From an uncultured virus (IMG/VR IMGVR_UViG_3300037043_000022) (lineage: Duplodnaviria; Heunggongvirae; Uroviricota; Caudoviricetes), in IMG/VR virus record IMGVR_UViG_3300037043_000022: a stretch of 64,000 nucleotides of DNA, one strand, 5' to 3'. Made by a program: the position numbers and the translations under genes. Shown piece after piece: positions 60,671-64,000 of the stretch (positions are counted from its first letter, which is position 1; every line of letters begins with the position of its first letter). The notes under the pieces were generated by a model. That model searched no databases, was not told where the DNA came from, and saw only the letters and a program-made list of their open reading frames with translations.

Positions 60671-61993
60671 ATGATCCAAATGGAAAGAATTCAAAAAGTG
60701 CGCTGCCAACTTCTTATGCGGAAGCCATGGTATGGGACTTTCGCTTCAATGATGAGGTGGCGTGAGGTAAATGCTAGAGACTGTAAAACGATGGGCGTGT
60801 CGGTCATTTCTGATGGCACGGTGGATTCGGTCTACAATCGTGAATTCGTCGATAGTCTCAGTAATGAGGGATTAGCATGTGTGATCATACATGAAATTGA
60901 TCATATCATCAGATTGCACTGCATCAGGAAAATGAGTAGGATCAAGGAATGTTGGAACATCGCGGCTGATGCGATTGTCAATGGCACAAAAGATAATCCA
61001 AACATCAAGATCGTGGGCAAAGATTATAGCGAAAAATGTTATCTTCCAAATAGTGTCGTATGGTATACGGCACCGGAAAGCAATCTCGGCACAGAACAGT
61101 ATTACGACTGGTTGAAGAAAAATTCTACTATCTGTCCGACATGCGGTGCAATGGTCATTCATTTCGACCCGAATGCAAAAAATGACCAGAGTAAGGGTAA
61201 GGGTCAAGGCCAGAATCAGAAGGGTCAAGGCCAGAATCAAGGCCAGAATCAAGGCCAAGGTGGTGGAGGTAGTCAAAATCAGGATGATCAGGGTCAGGAG
61301 AAGGATGAACATACGTGTCCGACGTGCGGTGCTAAACCAGAAATGGTTGATGATCATGGTATGTGGGATAACAGCACGGCAAATGAGGATGATGCTCGTG
61401 CGATTGTTGATGGCATGGTCGCACAGACATGTAAGTCCGCTGGAAACGCACCGGGTCATCTTGAAGAAGCCATCAAAGCATTGAAGGAAGTACGCACTAA
61501 TTGGATGCGTGAGATGAACGAATGGATGGGGAAGAAATGCGGCGGAAGACGCAATACGTTTTCCAGATTGAATCGCCGACTCCCTAGATTCGGCATACCG
61601 GGATCGACCAGCAGGGCGATGGTTGATCTAAGCGTATTCTGTGATACGTCTGGATCAATGGGACCGGATGAAATCAGTGAAGCGTTCAGCAACATTGAAA
61701 AACTCGCCTACCGATCTAAAATCAGATTAATTGAATTTGATCATGGCATAGAACACGTCAGCAAATACCGGAAAGGTGATTGGAAGAAAATTAAAATCCA
61801 CGGTCGTGGTGGGACGTCGATCGTCAGAGCACTGAAAGAGGCAGAAGAACGCGGTTTGATCGGTGACGTCAACGTAGTCATCACCGACGGTTATCTAGAA
61901 TGGCCAGAACAGAAATCATACCCAATGTTGTGGTATGTCGTATCATCCTCAAATCAAATGCCCACATGGGGAAAAGTAATCAAACCAAATTGA
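60671..61993 (+). CDS. DUF2201-type metallopeptidase plus VWA domain protein (MoxR partner)
   Basis: HEIDH, WNIAAD, G/Q linker, DDH, DTSGSM, GRGGT, ITDGY. Confidence 0.92.
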   Translation: MIQMERIQKVRCQLLMRKPWYGTFASMMRWREVNARDCKTMGVSVISDGTVDSVYNREFVDSLSNEGLACVIIHEIDHIIRLHCIRKMSRIKECWNIAADAIVNGTKDNPNIKIVGKDYSEKCYLPNSVVWYTAPESNLGTEQYYDWLKKNSTICPTCGAMVIHFDPNAKNDQSKGKGQGQNQKGQGQNQGQNQGQGGGGSQNQDDQGQEKDEHTCPTCGAKPEMVDDHGMWDNSTANEDDARAIVDGMVAQTCKSAGNAPGHLEEAIKALKEVRTNWMREMNEWMGKKCGGRRNTFSRLNRRLPRFGIPGSTSRAMVDLSVFCDTSGSMGPDEISEAFSNIEKLAYRSKIRLIEFDHGIEHVSKYRKGDWKKIKIHGRGGTSIVRALKEAEERGLIGDVNVVITDGYLEWPEQKSYPMLWYVVSSSNQMPTWGKVIKPN

Positions 61994-62006
61994 GGGAGGA
62001 GTAAAC

Positions 62007-62315
62007 ATGCGGAAAGAGATAGATGCAATTTTAGAATCAGGATGGAGATTAGGCATAGTTACATGGGAAAAATCAGATTGTGTTTACACTGGCATAGGGG
62101 CACAAAAAATTGGAACAAAAGATAAAAGCAGTTTTGTACCAATAGCATACGTTTTTACATATGATGGTGAAATCGATTGGGATGGTAAAGATGAAATTGA
62201 TTTTAATATGTCGGATTATGATTTAAGCAAAGACGAAAGAAAAGCCATTGAAAAATTTCTTGCATCTAAAAACAAAGAAAATTTTAAAGGAATAAGAATT
62301 GACGGGGCAAAGTAA
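62007..62315 (+). CDS. Hypothetical protein
   Basis: 102 aa; GGAGGAG RBS. Confidence 0.75.
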   Translation: MRKEIDAILESGWRLGIVTWEKSDCVYTGIGAQKIGTKDKSSFVPIAYVFTYDGEIDWDGKDEIDFNMSDYDLSKDERKAIEKFLASKNKENFKGIRIDGAK

Positions 62316-62344
62316 TCAAACCAAATTGAGGGATCCAGATAAGA

Positions 62345-62629
62345 TTGGAGAAAAGAATGAATGAAGAGAGACTGTTGGATGCAACTGAATTACGGAAATT
62401 AATGCTAACTAAGGTGGTTAGTAAAATTAAGGAATTAAATGAACTCATTGAAGGAATGATGGAACAGCCAGCTGTTGAACTGAGTTACGATGAGTTGAAT
62501 GAAATGCTCGATCTGTCCATTGATCATGAATGGAACAACAAACCGAAGAAGATAATCTTCAAAGCAGGTAAAGCGGCTGGATGGGTAGAATTGCGATGTC
62601 CAATCAGGACAGTGATGAGAAAAGTTTAG
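62345..62629 (+). CDS. Hypothetical protein
   Basis: 94 aa. Confidence 0.65.
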   Translation: MEKRMNEERLLDATELRKLMLTKVVSKIKELNELIEGMMEQPAVELSYDELNEMLDLSIDHEWNNKPKKIIFKAGKAAGWVELRCPIRTVMRKV

Positions 62630-62705
62630 ACCCCATCAAGGATGGAATACGGTTTTTACCCGCACTTCCAAAAACATTTTAAAATCTTGACTGAAGGAGA
62701 ACAAA

Positions 62706-62765
62706 CCCGTCTGACGAGACCGAATGGTCGAAACGGGGAGAGGAACAAGCGCTCCCCGTCACGGG
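62706..62765 (+). ncRNA. Type I hammerhead ribozyme HH6 (GUC; cut after 62760)
   Basis: CCCGU-CUGACGA-GACC/GGUC-GAAA-CGGGGAG/CUCCCCG-UC-ACGGG. Confidence 0.93.
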
Positions 62766-62806
62766 AAAAGAAACCCACCTAAAACCCCATTCTAAGGAGA
62801 AAACAC

Positions 62807-63004
62807 ATGAGCAGATTTGCCCTGATCGTGTTCGACGGTTGTAACGGTGACCAAAACAGAGGGGTCATTTCGGACGAGAAAGCTGTCGAGACGTTGGTGA
62901 ACGAGGGCAAACGCACGGAGGAAGAGTTGGAAGAATGTGAAGATGGAAGTGAAGTCATTATTGACGTTGAAGGTGACCAGCACAAACGTCTTCGCAAGCT
63001 GTGA
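62807..63004 (+). CDS. Small acidic protein
   Basis: 65 aa; AAGGAG RBS. Confidence 0.75.
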   Translation: MSRFALIVFDGCNGDQNRGVISDEKAVETLVNEGKRTEEELEECEDGSEVIIDVEGDQHKRLRKL

Positions 63005-63188
63005 CCCGCCGGAGCGAGCAAGGCGGCACGGACACCAACGGAGTGAGCAAGAACAAGTACGATCTAAGATAAAAACCCTTGAGATCACGAAAGGAGGTGC
63101 CACTTCAATTAGTTACCGATCATGTTCGACGTGAGCGGCACACGTCAAGGCCATTTAATTGCCGAACGGAATAATTGAAAGGGTAAAA

Positions 63189-63280
63189 CCCATCTGACGA
63201 GATCTTAATGATCGAAACAAGCACACCACACGGGTTATAAGGCACAGAAGTCCGCCGCCCGTTGGTGTGCTTGTAATGGG
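63189..63280 (+). ncRNA. Type I hammerhead ribozyme HH7 with extended stem III (GUA; cut after 63275)
   Basis: CCCAU-CUGACGA-GAUC/GAUC-GAAA-CAAGCACACCA/UGGUGUGCUUG-UA-AUGGG. Confidence 0.92.
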
Positions 63281-63303
63281 CAAGGAGATTAAAATCGTTT
63301 TGA

Positions 63304-63359
63304 TTGACGATGACTAGATGGTAACTAGTCGAAACGGGGAGTTCTCTCCCCGTCATGGG
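63304..63359 (+). ncRNA. Degenerate hammerhead HH8 (3' half intact; 5' stem I and core altered)
   Basis: UUGACGAU-GACUAG/CUAGUC-GAAA-CGGGGAG/CUCCCCG-UC-AUGGG; no CCCAU. Confidence 0.65.
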
Positions 63360-63390
63360 AAACCTAATCAAATCATAGAAAGGAGCTTGA

Positions 63391-63936
63391 ATGCACTGGA
63401 TGATAGACATAACTAAAGAGCAATTAGCTGACGTGCTTCAAGCCTGTCGTTCATTGGAAACGGTAAATTTGGCATTCAGCGGTGATTTGCCACCAGAAAC
63501 AATTATTGAGCTGTTATTGAACAATAAAGTAAATTTATCTGGTATCATCGGACAATTAGATAAGCAATTTCTATCTATATGTATGGCAGCAGTGCAACAG
63601 AATGGTTATGCACTTAAGTACATTAAAAATCAGACGCCAGAAATCTGTCTGGCGGCAGTAAAACAAAATGGTTGGGCACTTAAATATGTCAGGGAACAGA
63701 CACCAGAAATATATATGGCAGCAGTAAAACGAGATGGTTATGCACTTCACTTTATTAAAGAACAAACACCAGACATATGTTTAGCAGCAGTACAACGAAA
63801 TGGTCAGGCACTTCAACATGTTAAAAAACAAACACCTGAAATATGCATGGCAGCAGTACAACAAGATTGCCATGCACTTAATCTTGTTAGGGATCCAGCC
63901 ATTAAATGGGAGATAGAACGTGCATTGGCTCTCTGA
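63391..63936 (+). CDS. DUF4116 repeat protein
   Basis: MHW..TKEQL N-terminus; QTPEICLAAVKQNG.AL repeats. Confidence 0.9.
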   Translation: MHWMIDITKEQLADVLQACRSLETVNLAFSGDLPPETIIELLLNNKVNLSGIIGQLDKQFLSICMAAVQQNGYALKYIKNQTPEICLAAVKQNGWALKYVREQTPEIYMAAVKRDGYALHFIKEQTPDICLAAVQRNGQALQHVKKQTPEICMAAVQQDCHALNLVRDPAIKWEIERALAL

Positions 63937-64000
63937 GGTGACTAAAGAACAATTAGCTGACGTGATTAAAGCCTATCATTCATCCTTTGGGCTACTGAAT
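63920..64000 (+). CDS. Start of a further DUF4116-family paralog (truncated by the window end)
   Basis: GTG start after GGGAG; MHWLSEVTKEQLADVIKA matches the paralog N-termini. Confidence 0.7.
   Translation, partial: MHWLSEVTKEQLADVIKAYHSSFGLLN

Overview
64 kb of a large, AT-rich, T4-like/jumbo dsDNA phage genome; no host can be assigned from sequence alone. The left ~47 kb holds: structural genes (two paralogous fibre-like proteins, one with a ~150-residue poly-Ser linker and an Asp-box propeller, plus baseplate-type proteins); a DinG-like helicase; a gp47/gp46 (Mre11/Rad50) pair; two sigma-like proteins; a nucleotide-metabolism block (dcd, tmk, dut, NDT-like, DeoC-like); about eight glycosyl-/methyltransferases; topoisomerase IB; and a PurZ-type synthetase suggesting 2-aminoadenine DNA. 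After a repeat- and G-tract-rich non-coding switch region (47.6-48.1 kb), a run of small, probably early, + strand genes is punctuated by seven complete and one degenerate type I hammerhead ribozymes. These share stem I (CCCAU/AUGGG), sit at gene boundaries and show a co-varying loop II/3'-tail pseudoknot. Other unexplained structured RNAs, a 58-bp inverted repeat pair and a cyclic-phosphate-processing receiver gene lie within the same array. This is the most novel system in the window. All protein calls are motif recognition by eye; no searches were run.
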